Of a stretch of 20,000 nucleotides of DNA, positions 1 through 7,016 are shown piece by piece. The position numbers and the translations under genes are program-made. Each line of letters starts with the position of its first letter. Positions within the stretch are counted from its first letter, which is position 1. Source of the DNA: an uncultured virus (IMG/VR IMGVR_UViG_3300027734_000054) (Duplodnaviria > Heunggongvirae > Uroviricota > Caudoviricetes); the IMG/VR virus record IMGVR_UViG_3300027734_000054. The stretch is one strand, 5' to 3'. The notes under the pieces were generated by a model. The model was not told the origin of the DNA and searched no databases. It saw only the letters and a program-made list of their open reading frames with translations.

Positions 1-564
1 AATTTCTTTACTGATCTTCTTCGCGAATTTTTTAAATGTATCAGTTACCGTAGTATTATAAGTAGGAGACAATAGAAGAGTAGTTATAACTTTTGCTAGA
101 TTTGTGCCTGCAGTAGAATCGATGCAAATACCGGATCTTTCCATAAAATTTGCAAGTAGATCTATAGAATTTGAAGCATTATATAATTGACCGCTGGATT
201 TATCTGCGTCAAAATCTTCCATTTTAGTAATTGCTGCAGGATACCTATCATCCCCATCGACTCTTTCATATATGTAAGCGTATGATTTTCCCTGCTTTAA
301 TTCAGGGGGAGTCTTCTTATCAGCATAATTAGAGGAAGGAAAGTAAATTGATACACTTTTAGGACTTTCACCACCTTTACTAAAGCCAATAATTGTGTCA
401 TTACTATTTGTATCAACCGTCATTATATTAGCTTTCATGTTACCTAGCTTATCAGATCTATCGGTACCCAAATTATAAGGTACACCTGGTACGATATCGG
501 ATTCGTTAATAGGATTGTAATATTGATTTTCTAGAATAAAATCGTTGAATCTTTTAATTTTCAT
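1..564 (-). CDS. Hypothetical protein, partial (3' end runs off the window), N-terminus MKIKRFNDFILE
   Basis: Absent from the ORF track; translated by hand from ATG at 564 and open for 188 codons to position 1. N-terminus resembles the shared capsid-targeting-like motif. Confidence 0.8.
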   Translation of the reverse strand, partial: MKIKRFNDFILENQYYNPINESDIVPGVPYNLGTDRSDKLGNMKANIMTVDTNSNDTIIGFSKGGESPKSVSIYFPSSNYADKKTPPELKQGKSYAYIYERVDGDDRYPAAITKMEDFDADKSSGQLYNASNSIDLLANFMERSGICIDSTAGTNLAKVITTLLLSPTYNTTVTDTFKKFAKKISKEI

Positions 565-582
565 TTTTTTATATTTAATTTT

Positions 583-861
583 TTACATGCTCCAAGCTGG
601 ATTAGCTACAATTAACATATCTCCTTCTACTCTTGGTATTTGTTTAGTTGAATAAGCATCATCATATTGAATTTGCTCTGGATAAAATTTTTGTCCCTGG
701 AACATGATATAGTTTTCTTCGTCCTTACCCCTGTGGCTCCATCCTTGACCTCTAAGAGAATCGTGAGCAGCATCGTCAACTGTGGGTTTTCCGAAAAGTG
801 AATCCCAAAATCCTTCGTTAATTTTGGAATTGTTATCTTGATATTTTTTAAGGTGTTTCAT
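583..861 (-). CDS. Hypothetical protein with MKHLKKYQ N-terminal motif (possible head-internal protein)
   Basis: 92-aa ORF; GATATATA motif at 881-888 upstream; N-terminal motif followed by INE. Confidence 0.75.
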   Translation of the reverse strand: MKHLKKYQDNNSKINEGFWDSLFGKPTVDDAAHDSLRGQGWSHRGKDEENYIMFQGQKFYPEQIQYDDAYSTKQIPRVEGDMLIVANPAWSM

Positions 862-895
862 TTCTTTTTTTTATTTAATCTATATATCTAATATT

Positions 896-1738
896 TTATC
901 CACTATAAGGCATTCCTTCTCCATCTTCAATAGTGATCTCAGAATACATACCAGTTACTATATTAATTAGCTTGTTAATAGTGTCTAATCTTTTATATTC
1001 AACATCTAAATTTAATTTTTCAGCATGAGATAATCCTGGTAGTAATGTCCCTTCTTGAAACTCAAGTAAGCGTGTAATTACTTGTGAAAATGAAGCAGGC
1101 TCATATACAGCACTTATTGGTAATTCTAAGTCTGTAGTACTGGCTAATAATTCAGAATCGTATCTTTTTTTAATCAAAAGATAGCTCTCCTCAGCTGTTT
1201 TTAAAGTTGAACGAAGTTGTACAAAGTCAACGATATTATTTCCCGCCGACTCCAGATATATGTCGTCATTGTATTCTGAGTAATTGATTGAATCAAATTG
1301 TAAATATTTAGAAACAGTCCATTCAACTAATATATTATCTGAAGTAATTGAAGAAGCATATATTTCACTTTTTGGTACTTCGATAACAATTTTAAGTGCT
1401 ATTGTATACTTTTGATAATAGTTTTGGTAGAATCTATATGCTTCAGTAGAAAGAAAAGTTTTATCTAAGTTAATAACAGCTTGTCCTTGTTCATTTACCC
1501 TTGAGGACTGTTTTGATAAATAATCAGTTGAATCTATTATACTAGGTGTTTTAGAATTAAGTACTGGTTCCGCTTCATTTAAACCACTCCTAGATAATAA
1601 AGCTACCAACCCAACCATAACAGTTACACCTGTCTCTGGGTTAGCAGGTTGTGTGGTAGTGCTACCGTATTCATCAGTTACATCAATTACAAAATTAATT
1701 AATAACTCATTGTATTCATTTAATTTATACTCTTCCAT
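896..1738 (-). CDS. Hypothetical protein (280 aa, acidic)
   Basis: Long ORF with A-rich leader; no recognisable motif. Confidence 0.7.
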   Translation of the reverse strand: MEEYKLNEYNELLINFVIDVTDEYGSTTTQPANPETGVTVMVGLVALLSRSGLNEAEPVLNSKTPSIIDSTDYLSKQSSRVNEQGQAVINLDKTFLSTEAYRFYQNYYQKYTIALKIVIEVPKSEIYASSITSDNILVEWTVSKYLQFDSINYSEYNDDIYLESAGNNIVDFVQLRSTLKTAEESYLLIKKRYDSELLASTTDLELPISAVYEPASFSQVITRLLEFQEGTLLPGLSHAEKLNLDVEYKRLDTINKLINIVTGMYSEITIEDGEGMPYSG

Positions 1739-1841
1739 TATTTTATTAAGTTATAATACTCCTTAAAGTGATCTATTCTATCAGGTACCCCAATAATATC
1801 TTCCAAGGTTTTTTATCCATTCTATATATCTAATTATCCAA

Positions 1842-2693
1842 TTAGAATCCATTAGTTGATGTATTATAGAAAACCAATCCAGTTACATTAGTCGTTTTAG
1901 TAATAGTAGGAGTTGAGTAATTAAATGTCATTACGTCACCACCACTCAACTCTCCAAATTGTATTCTTATAGGATAATAAACACCCGAAGTTAAAGCGAT
2001 TGTCCCAGATTTTTCGATTGTACCGTGTAATCCACCGTTATTAACTGTTGAGTTTGTTGTAGTGAATCCACTAACAGCATTACTACCAACCCAAACATAG
2101 GAGGCATCATCAGATGAAGTAAAGAATGTGTAGGTTTCTGTGGTGGTTGGTTTGAAATATCCTAACCATTGACAACTGAAATTTTCTCCATCATTCTGAG
2201 AAGGTTCAAATATAGAAGTGGTTTGTACTGATGTTGCCGGATTTCCACCTACCGATGCGGGAGTCGCAGTTGCAAAGAAACTAACATTATCAGCAAAATA
2301 CCCAGAGTAAGTCGTCTTATATAAACCTGCAAGATATGGATTTCTGTTAGTCCAATAGTTATTTGCTGTTAACCAATCATTAGCTGCTGAAGCAGATGCT
2401 TGTGTAGTACCGCTTATTATTTGTACTGTAATTCGAAAAGCTTCATCTGTATTAGTACATCCCCAGAATTGTACAGTGCCTATATTACCTACTTGAGTTG
2501 GAAAGTTTCCAGAGGGTACATCTTTAGCTATTATATAAGAATTATCCTCGTCTGGACCCATCCACCAAGTTAATCCCCCGGGTTTTGCACCATAGTTTAA
2601 AGCAGATACACCTACACATAATGTACCTACGTTTGTAGTTCCTGAAATTGTTGCTTGTGTTGGATTATATGCGAAAGGTCTTGATGTTGGCAT
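1842..2693 (-). CDS. PA14/GLEYA-domain protein, probably virion-associated and carbohydrate-binding
   Basis: C-terminal PA14-like signature (NFSCQWLGYFKPTTTETYTFFTSSDDASYVWVG...YYPIRIQFGELSGG). Start moved to ATG 2693 (MPTSRPF) because the longer start overlaps a tRNA-like RNA and a GATATATA motif. Confidence 0.75.
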   Translation of the reverse strand: MPTSRPFAYNPTQATISGTTNVGTLCVGVSALNYGAKPGGLTWWMGPDEDNSYIIAKDVPSGNFPTQVGNIGTVQFWGCTNTDEAFRITVQIISGTTQASASAANDWLTANNYWTNRNPYLAGLYKTTYSGYFADNVSFFATATPASVGGNPATSVQTTSIFEPSQNDGENFSCQWLGYFKPTTTETYTFFTSSDDASYVWVGSNAVSGFTTTNSTVNNGGLHGTIEKSGTIALTSGVYYPIRIQFGELSGGDVMTFNYSTPTITKTTNVTGLVFYNTSTNGF

Positions 2694-2715
2694 ATAGTAT
2701 ATATCAACAAAAAAG

Positions 2716-2820
2716 TACAAGAGATTGGACTTGCACCAATATGAACTTTCATTCTCGGGTAGATTACCCTAGCGTCTATCTATCGGATCATTGCAATGAT
2801 CACACTTCCGCCACTCTTAT
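2716..2820 (-). ncRNA. tRNA-like RNA (Leu-type body, hairpin inserted in D-loop, aberrant anticodon loop and T-loop)
   Basis: Acceptor AUAAGAG/CUCUUGU; D-arm UGGCGGAA...AGACGC; T-arm AUUGG-UGCAAGU-CCAAU; variable arm GAAU-GAAA-GUUC. Confidence 0.65.
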
Positions 2821-2825
2821 ATATG

Positions 2826-2909
2826 TACCCGGGACGGGAATCGAACCCGTACAACCAAATGGTTACAGCATTTTAAGTGCTGCGTGACTACCAATTCCAC
2901 CACCCGGGC
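2826..2909 (-). tRNA. tRNA-Leu(UAA)
   Basis: Cloverleaf: acceptor GCCCGGG/CCCGGGU, anticodon arm CAGCA-CUUAAAA-UGCUG, long variable arm, T-loop UUCGAUU. Confidence 0.95.
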
Positions 2910-2925
2910 GAATGTGTAATTTTTG

Positions 2926-2999
2926 TGGTCCCTCACGGGCTCGAACCGTGGACCTACTGATTATGAGTCAGTTGCTCTAACCTACTGAGCTAAAGGACC
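2926..2999 (-). tRNA. tRNA-Ile2(CAU), lysidine type (elongator Met not fully excluded)
   Basis: Anticodon arm ACUGA-CUCAUAA-UCAGU; acceptor GGUCCUU/AGGGACC with C4-G69 and C5-G68 as in ileX-type TilS substrates; no initiator features. Confidence 0.85.
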
Positions 3000-3003
3000 T
3001 AAG

Positions 3004-3077
3004 TAGAGACTATGGGAGTCGAACCCATGACCGCATGCGTATAAGGCATGTGCTCTAACCAATTGAGCTAAGCCTCT
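3004..3077 (-). tRNA. tRNA-Ile(UAU)
   Basis: Acceptor AGAGGCU/AGUCUCU; anticodon arm CAUGC-CUUAUAC-GCAUG; T-loop UUCGACU; discriminator A. Confidence 0.9.
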
Positions 3078-3085
3078 TGGGGCTG

Positions 3086-3158
3086 TCGGGATACCAGGAC
3101 TCGAACCTGGGGCCTCCTGGTCCCAAACCAGGCGATCTACCAACTGATCTACATCCCG
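3086..3158 (-). tRNA. tRNA-Pro(UGG)
   Basis: Acceptor CGGGAUG/UAUCCCG; anticodon arm CCUGG-UUUGGGA-CCAGG; C1-G72 and A73. Confidence 0.95.
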
Positions 3159-3333
3159 AAATTGTATGTCTTTAAATATCCCCAGAACATACAAACTGTG
3201 CTAACCCACGATTTAGAGAATAAGTGTGCATATCATTAAAGAATACCGAAATATTCTAACTGTCTACGTTGTAGAGGCATATTCTATCTTCGATCCATAC
3301 CCAGCGCTAGGCAGAGGGCTTTTTATTTTTTAG

Positions 3334-3405
3334 TACCCCCGGCGGGAATCGAACCCACATTGACGGTTTAGAAAACCGCTGTTCTATCCGTTGAACTACG
3401 GAGGC
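3334..3405 (-). tRNA. tRNA-Arg(UCU)
   Basis: Acceptor GCCUCCG/CGGGGGU; anticodon arm GCGGU-UUUCUAA-ACCGU; T-loop UUCGAUU. Confidence 0.93.
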
Positions 3406-3408
3406 AAT

Positions 3409-3498
3409 TGGAGGAGAGTGAGGGATTCGAACCCCCGGTAGCTTTCACTACGTCAGTTTTCAAGACTGGTGCATTAAACCGGGCTCTGCCAACTCTCC
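3409..3498 (-). tRNA. tRNA-Ser(UGA)
   Basis: Acceptor GGAGAGU/ACUCUCC; anticodon loop CUUGAAA; long variable arm; encoded CCA. Confidence 0.95.
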
Positions 3499-3514
3499 AA
3501 TTTGATAATCCAAC

Positions 3515-3526
3515 ATGTCAAAGAAC
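3515..3526 (-). promoter_or_regulatory. boxA-like antitermination element GTTCTTTGACAT
   Basis: Resembles rRNA-operon boxA (GCTCTTTAACA); lies just 5' of the first tRNA; near-identical copy at 7017-7028. Confidence 0.55.
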
Positions 3527-3528
3527 AC

Positions 3529-3561
3529 AAAAAAACCGGGACTTTTTGAAGGTCCCGGTTT
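3529..3561 (-). terminator. Intrinsic terminator in the tRNA-operon leader (attenuator)
   Basis: AAACCGGGAC-CUUCAAAAA-GUCCCGGUUU stem ending in a 7-U tract; its 5' arm can alternatively pair with 3587-3595. Confidence 0.85.
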
Positions 3562-3594
3562 AGTTAATGATTATTTTTTATTAACACAGGACCT

Positions 3595-3654
3595 TTAGGA
3601 TCGTCTTATCGACGGTCTTAATATTGAAGGTGATATGTTAAATATTGTTTTCAT
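3595..3654 (-). CDS. Putative 19-aa attenuator leader peptide MKTIFNISPSILRPSIRRS
   Basis: ATG AAA ACA ATA TTT AAC ATA TCA CCT TCA ATA TTA AGA CCG TCG ATA AGA CGA TCC TAA; below the ORF-track cutoff; codons match the downstream tRNA anticodons. Confidence 0.75.
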   Translation of the reverse strand: MKTIFNISPSILRPSIRRS

Positions 3655-3660
3655 TTGAAC

Positions 3661-3698
3661 TTTATATATCGTATTTGTTGTTTTGTTTCACAAATATA
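3661..3698 (-). promoter_or_regulatory. Stacked promoter motifs for the tRNA operon
   Basis: TATATTTG (Bacteroidota -7 TAnnTTTG) at 3691-3698; GAAAC-N18-TATAAA at 3661-3689; GATATATA at 3663-3670. Confidence 0.6.
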
Positions 3699-3704
3699 GA
3701 TATT

Positions 3705-3986
3705 TTATCTTATATAAAAAAATGATTTTCTGAAATCTTGAAGATTTATTTTTTTAGACTTACCTAAGTAAGAAGCGATATCTTCTGCAGTCTCTTCATC
3801 TTCGAGATCACATAGTATGTAGAAATCTGCATCATCTCTAAAATCTATTTTAGATTCTGTATAGAAAAATACATCATCAGATTCTTCTCCTTGATTTGGA
3901 TCTGAAAAATCTGATTCTAAATATTCGCAGATCTCTTCTTCCTCAAATTTAAATTCTTCGTATCCTGTATAGACTTTAATTGACAT
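3705..3986 (-). CDS. Hypothetical acidic protein
   Basis: 93-aa ORF starting just after the stop of 3989..4339. Confidence 0.7.
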   Translation of the reverse strand: MSIKVYTGYEEFKFEEEEICEYLESDFSDPNQGEESDDVFFYTESKIDFRDDADFYILCDLEDEETAEDIASYLGKSKKINLQDFRKSFFYIR

Positions 3987-3988
3987 AA

Positions 3989-4339
3989 TTAGATTTCTTC
4001 TACTAATACTTTTTTAAGTTCGTATGCGCCGTCCTGTCCAGGTACTTCATCATAATATCCAACGATTGAATATCTTCTTCCGTCAGAGCTTGAATCTTCT
4101 ATCATCTCGATATTGCTTACCATTGAACTTCCAACGTATTCTGGTTCAGAAGCGCCAGCAATTTCTATTGTTGTATCTTCCCCGTCTGCATTTTGAAAGT
4201 TAACAATGTAATTACCTTCGCTATTTCCGTCGGTAGGTCTAAAATCTGTAGTTTCTGCTTCAAAATGAACATCACTCATAGTGTCTTCCATAGGCATAGC
4301 CTCAGTGGAATATTGTTCGTAAATTCTTAGATATTTCAT
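3989..4339 (-). CDS. Hypothetical acidic protein with MKYLRIYEQY N-terminal motif
   Basis: 116-aa ORF; GATATATA at 4354-4361. Confidence 0.8.
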   Translation of the reverse strand: MKYLRIYEQYSTEAMPMEDTMSDVHFEAETTDFRPTDGNSEGNYIVNFQNADGEDTTIEIAGASEPEYVGSSMVSNIEMIEDSSSDGRRYSIVGYYDEVPGQDGAYELKKVLVEEI

Positions 4340-4365
4340 CTTTTTTTTTATTTTATATATCCTTA

Positions 4366-4512
4366 TTATTTACCTTGACCAACGTAAGCTTTCTTGTAGT
4401 TCTTAGAATTCTTACTTACACTACTTTTACACTTGGAATGAATTCCTGGTCTTTTTTTCTTAGAGCTGCGCTTGTGGTTCTTGCTAGAATCTGTAGTTTT
4501 AGGTTTAGCCAT
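4366..4512 (-). CDS. Small, highly basic 48-aa protein (MAKPKTTDSSKNHKRSSKKKRPGIHSKCKSSVSKNSKNYKKAYVGQGK)
   Basis: Translated by hand; fills the gap between flanking minus-strand genes; A-rich leader. The KxYxGQG C-terminus recalls small basic phage proteins. Confidence 0.75.
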   Translation of the reverse strand: MAKPKTTDSSKNHKRSSKKKRPGIHSKCKSSVSKNSKNYKKAYVGQGK

Positions 4513-4521
4513 TTTTTATTT

Positions 4522-4800
4522 TTATTTGAGCTTAGCTGGGGTATCTTTTTTAGAGATGAATCCTCCTTTGTTAAACATATTTTGGTTTACAGTAAATCTT
4601 TTTGAGTTTTGATTTAGGTTCTGTAGGGTGATAATAGTATCAGATACTTCATAAACTTCACAAGGAGCTCCCATATAAACTAATTTGTCACCTACTGATA
4701 AATTTGAAAATGGAAATTCTTCTCCGTATCCTTTTAATATATTAGAACCAGAAGTATAAACCTCGTAACTGTGATTCTCAAATGTCTTTAAATTTTTCAT
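4522..4800 (-). CDS. Hypothetical protein with MKNLKTFENH N-terminal motif
   Basis: Start moved to ATG 4800; the longer start lies inside a terminator hairpin. GATAAATA at 4808-4815. Confidence 0.75.
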   Translation of the reverse strand: MKNLKTFENHSYEVYTSGSNILKGYGEEFPFSNLSVGDKLVYMGAPCEVYEVSDTIITLQNLNQNSKRFTVNQNMFNKGGFISKKDTPAKLK

Positions 4801-4837
4801 ACAAGTATATTTATCCAATATCTTACTAGAAACCCAC

Positions 4838-4866
4838 AAAAAAATCCCTAGCATTGCTAGGGATTT
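4838..4866 (-). terminator. Intrinsic terminator after the TROVE gene
   Basis: AAATCCCTAGC-AAT-GCTAGGGATTT ending in a 7-U tract. Confidence 0.8.
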
Positions 4867-4882
4867 AAAATAATGGTTTTAT

Positions 4883-6529
4883 TTAGGCTTCTACTGAATC
4901 CCAAATGTCTATAATTGCTTTAGCAAATATTGGTTCTTTACCTGTCCATCCTGCTAATATTCCTCCTCTATAAAGAGCTTCAGGAAGCACGGTGTTATTG
5001 TAGCCACCCACCTGTACAGTAAATAAATTAACTTTAGGATTAACCTTTTCCCTGTATTCCTGAGCCATAGCAAGTACGTCTACGTGTGTTCCCCCTCCTT
5101 TCGGGTGGATAAATTTACTTGATCCTACTGTTTCTCTGTGTCCAAAAAGACCTCCGTGCCCTGCCTGCATATCTGAATAGATAAAGATGTTGTCGTAATG
5201 GACTTTATTTTTAATAGCTTCATCAAAGAATACCCAAATACCATTTTCTGTACCACCTCCTTGAGCTTTACCTCTTTTAGATGTTTCATCCAATTGAGTA
5301 AGAAGACCGTTTCTTTTAGATACACCTTTTAATGAAAGGTTATCTCCAAATACTCCAACCTCTCCAGAATCGGATTGTAGTGAGGTAATTAAAGAAGACA
5401 AGTTAGCAATTTCTGCCACGGTAACTGTTCCATATTCGCTATTGAAAGCTCCCCATGCAGATCCGGAGTTATCTGAAAGACAAACTGTTTTACCTTTTAA
5501 CTTAGGCATATTCTCAACAGAGATATCTAAACATTCCTCTAAAGTATCCAAAACAAGTTGTTTGTGGTGGATCTGAGAATCTGTTACTGCTCTATAAGCA
5601 GACCAATATCTAAAAGGAAATTGTTTTCCCTTAACAACACCCGATTTTAATTGTGTTAAAATTCTAGCAGTAATTGTAGGATCTTCAACTTCAGTAAAAA
5701 TACCTCTAAGGTTTCTCAAAAGAGCCATGTGAGGGATTAAGATAGTATTTGTGATCTCTTCCCAAGATTTCTTTTCAGATCTTAAATTCTCCCAAGTTTT
5801 TTCCCGTTCTGTTATTTTTAATGTACCAGTTGACATTAGTTCGTTAATGTCCTCGCTTTTACCGTGGGAAATACGAACAAGATCTATTAATCTTTTACCT
5901 TTGTACTTATTCAATTGGTATCTAGAGAATTCAGAAAGTCTTTCTGCCCAAGTTCTTTTTACTAGTGAGGAAAGTCCTTTTTTGCTTCCGTTCTTATACA
6001 TGTAGTATTCAAACTGATTTGTTAAATCATCTGGACGTAGAGCAATTGACTTGCCTATCATTTTCATATATCCCGGATTTTCTTCGTTAAACTTCTGACG
6101 TCCTTCGTGCATACTCGCTTTCATGAATATTACAGCAGGATTTAAACGCATATAGTACTCGTTACGAAGTTCTAATGCTAAATCCAAGGTTGATTTAAAG
6201 TCGAAGTCCAATGATGCTTGTATGGCTTCCTCAAATATATCTACAACGCTCATATCGTCTTTTAAAGCTCCGGATTCGGATTTGAACATAGGAGCTAATA
6301 TAGAATAGTCAAGGATAGTGATAAGATTCTTAGGAGCACCTAATCCGTCTCTATAGTATTGTGGTTCACCAAAGATCGAAGACGCAGCAACAATCTTTAA
6401 AGTGTTTAGAGGCGATAAAACATAAGATGTTCCTCCCATGAAGTTCTCCACTCCTAGTGCTCCGTAAGTGGAGTTTTGTAAAATTTGCATTGCTGTTTTT
6501 TTGTCAGCAAATTCGCTTATTCTTGACAT
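4883..6529 (-). CDS. Ro60/Rsr-like TROVE-domain RNA-binding protein with C-terminal vWA domain
   Basis: 548 aa; TROVE motifs (FGEPQYY, YQLNKYK, LIDLVRISH, TWE, PHMALLRNLR, QFPFRYWSAY); vWA MIDAS motif DNSGS plus SDMQ. Confidence 0.93.
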   Translation of the reverse strand: MSRISEFADKKTAMQILQNSTYGALGVENFMGGTSYVLSPLNTLKIVAASSIFGEPQYYRDGLGAPKNLITILDYSILAPMFKSESGALKDDMSVVDIFEEAIQASLDFDFKSTLDLALELRNEYYMRLNPAVIFMKASMHEGRQKFNEENPGYMKMIGKSIALRPDDLTNQFEYYMYKNGSKKGLSSLVKRTWAERLSEFSRYQLNKYKGKRLIDLVRISHGKSEDINELMSTGTLKITEREKTWENLRSEKKSWEEITNTILIPHMALLRNLRGIFTEVEDPTITARILTQLKSGVVKGKQFPFRYWSAYRAVTDSQIHHKQLVLDTLEECLDISVENMPKLKGKTVCLSDNSGSAWGAFNSEYGTVTVAEIANLSSLITSLQSDSGEVGVFGDNLSLKGVSKRNGLLTQLDETSKRGKAQGGGTENGIWVFFDEAIKNKVHYDNIFIYSDMQAGHGGLFGHRETVGSSKFIHPKGGGTHVDVLAMAQEYREKVNPKVNLFTVQVGGYNNTVLPEALYRGGILAGWTGKEPIFAKAIIDIWDSVEA

Positions 6530-6557
6530 ATATTTTATTTTTTAATTTTTACGCAAT

Positions 6558-6590
6558 AAAAAAGGGTTTAAACCGTAGTTCAAACCCCTT
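6558..6590 (-). terminator. Intrinsic terminator between the ncRNA array and the Ro60 gene
   Basis: AAGGGGUUUGAAC-UACG-GUUUAAACCCUUUUUU. Confidence 0.8.
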
Positions 6591-6597
6591 AAAGTTA

Positions 6598-6672
6598 TAT
6601 CCTGAGTATTTTGACAAAGAGCGTTGTTTCGTGTAATTGTAGTGAAGTAACTCTTTATCCCGCTTCAGAATA
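6598..6672 (-). ncRNA. Candidate Y RNA-like stem-loop 1
   Basis: UAUUCUGA/UCAGGAUA terminal stem, AGCGG internal loop, GAUAAAGAG/CUCUUUGUC stem; adjacent to Ro60. Confidence 0.7.
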
Positions 6673-6680
6673 ATAATTTA

Positions 6681-6767
6681 AAAACCGAGAATAAATAAAC
6701 AAGGATGTTTTTCGTTTAAATTGATAAGAATGTAAATGATGTAATCCTTGTTCCCGCTTCGGAGTTT
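6681..6767 (-). ncRNA. Candidate Y RNA-like stem-loop 2
   Basis: CCGA/UCGG stem, AGCGG internal loop, GAACAAGGAU/AUCCUUGUUU stem; 5' strand UCCGAAG resembles the Ro-binding strand of Y RNAs. Confidence 0.7.
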
Positions 6768-6783
6768 ATTTTATTAATAATAC

Positions 6784-7010
6784 TTTCTTGAGAAATCTTT
6801 AAAAGGTGGTTCCTCCTTATGGGAGGTAATCATTCCCGCATTTCTAGTCAGGAGAATAAAACCGAGCTACTGTAATTCTTCTTTTAAATCCTTACGAAAA
6901 TAAAAGCGCCTCATCTATAGCAGTACTGAGACCTGGTGTAGATTAGAACCGGAGAACTAATCCTTTCGACGTTTATTGTATGGAGTAACCATTTAAACCG
7001 CTTCAAGAAA
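6784..7010 (-). ncRNA. Candidate long Y RNA-like RNA 3 (~227 nt) with a large structured inner domain
   Basis: UUUCUUGA/UCAAGAAA terminal stem, AGCGG internal loop, same UUACUCCA-UACA motif, several internal hairpins. Confidence 0.65.
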
Positions 7011-7016
7011 ATAAGT

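Noticed and set aside
1773..1820. 15-codon ORF MDKKPWKILLGYLIE after GATATATA as a second leader peptide
   Set aside because: No terminator/antiterminator pair and no informative codon run.
2648..3194. ORFs 2648..2887 (+) and 2982..3194 (-)
   Set aside because: They overlap well-formed tRNA genes.
3270..3330. HDV-like (theta) ribozyme 3' of tRNA-Arg
   Set aside because: The nested P1/P2/P3 double pseudoknot could not be assembled by eye.
6598..7010. Mini-CRISPR interpretation of the repeated CCGCTTC motif
   Set aside because: Identity is limited to short motifs, spacing is irregular, the pairing covaries like a structured RNA, and no cas gene is present.
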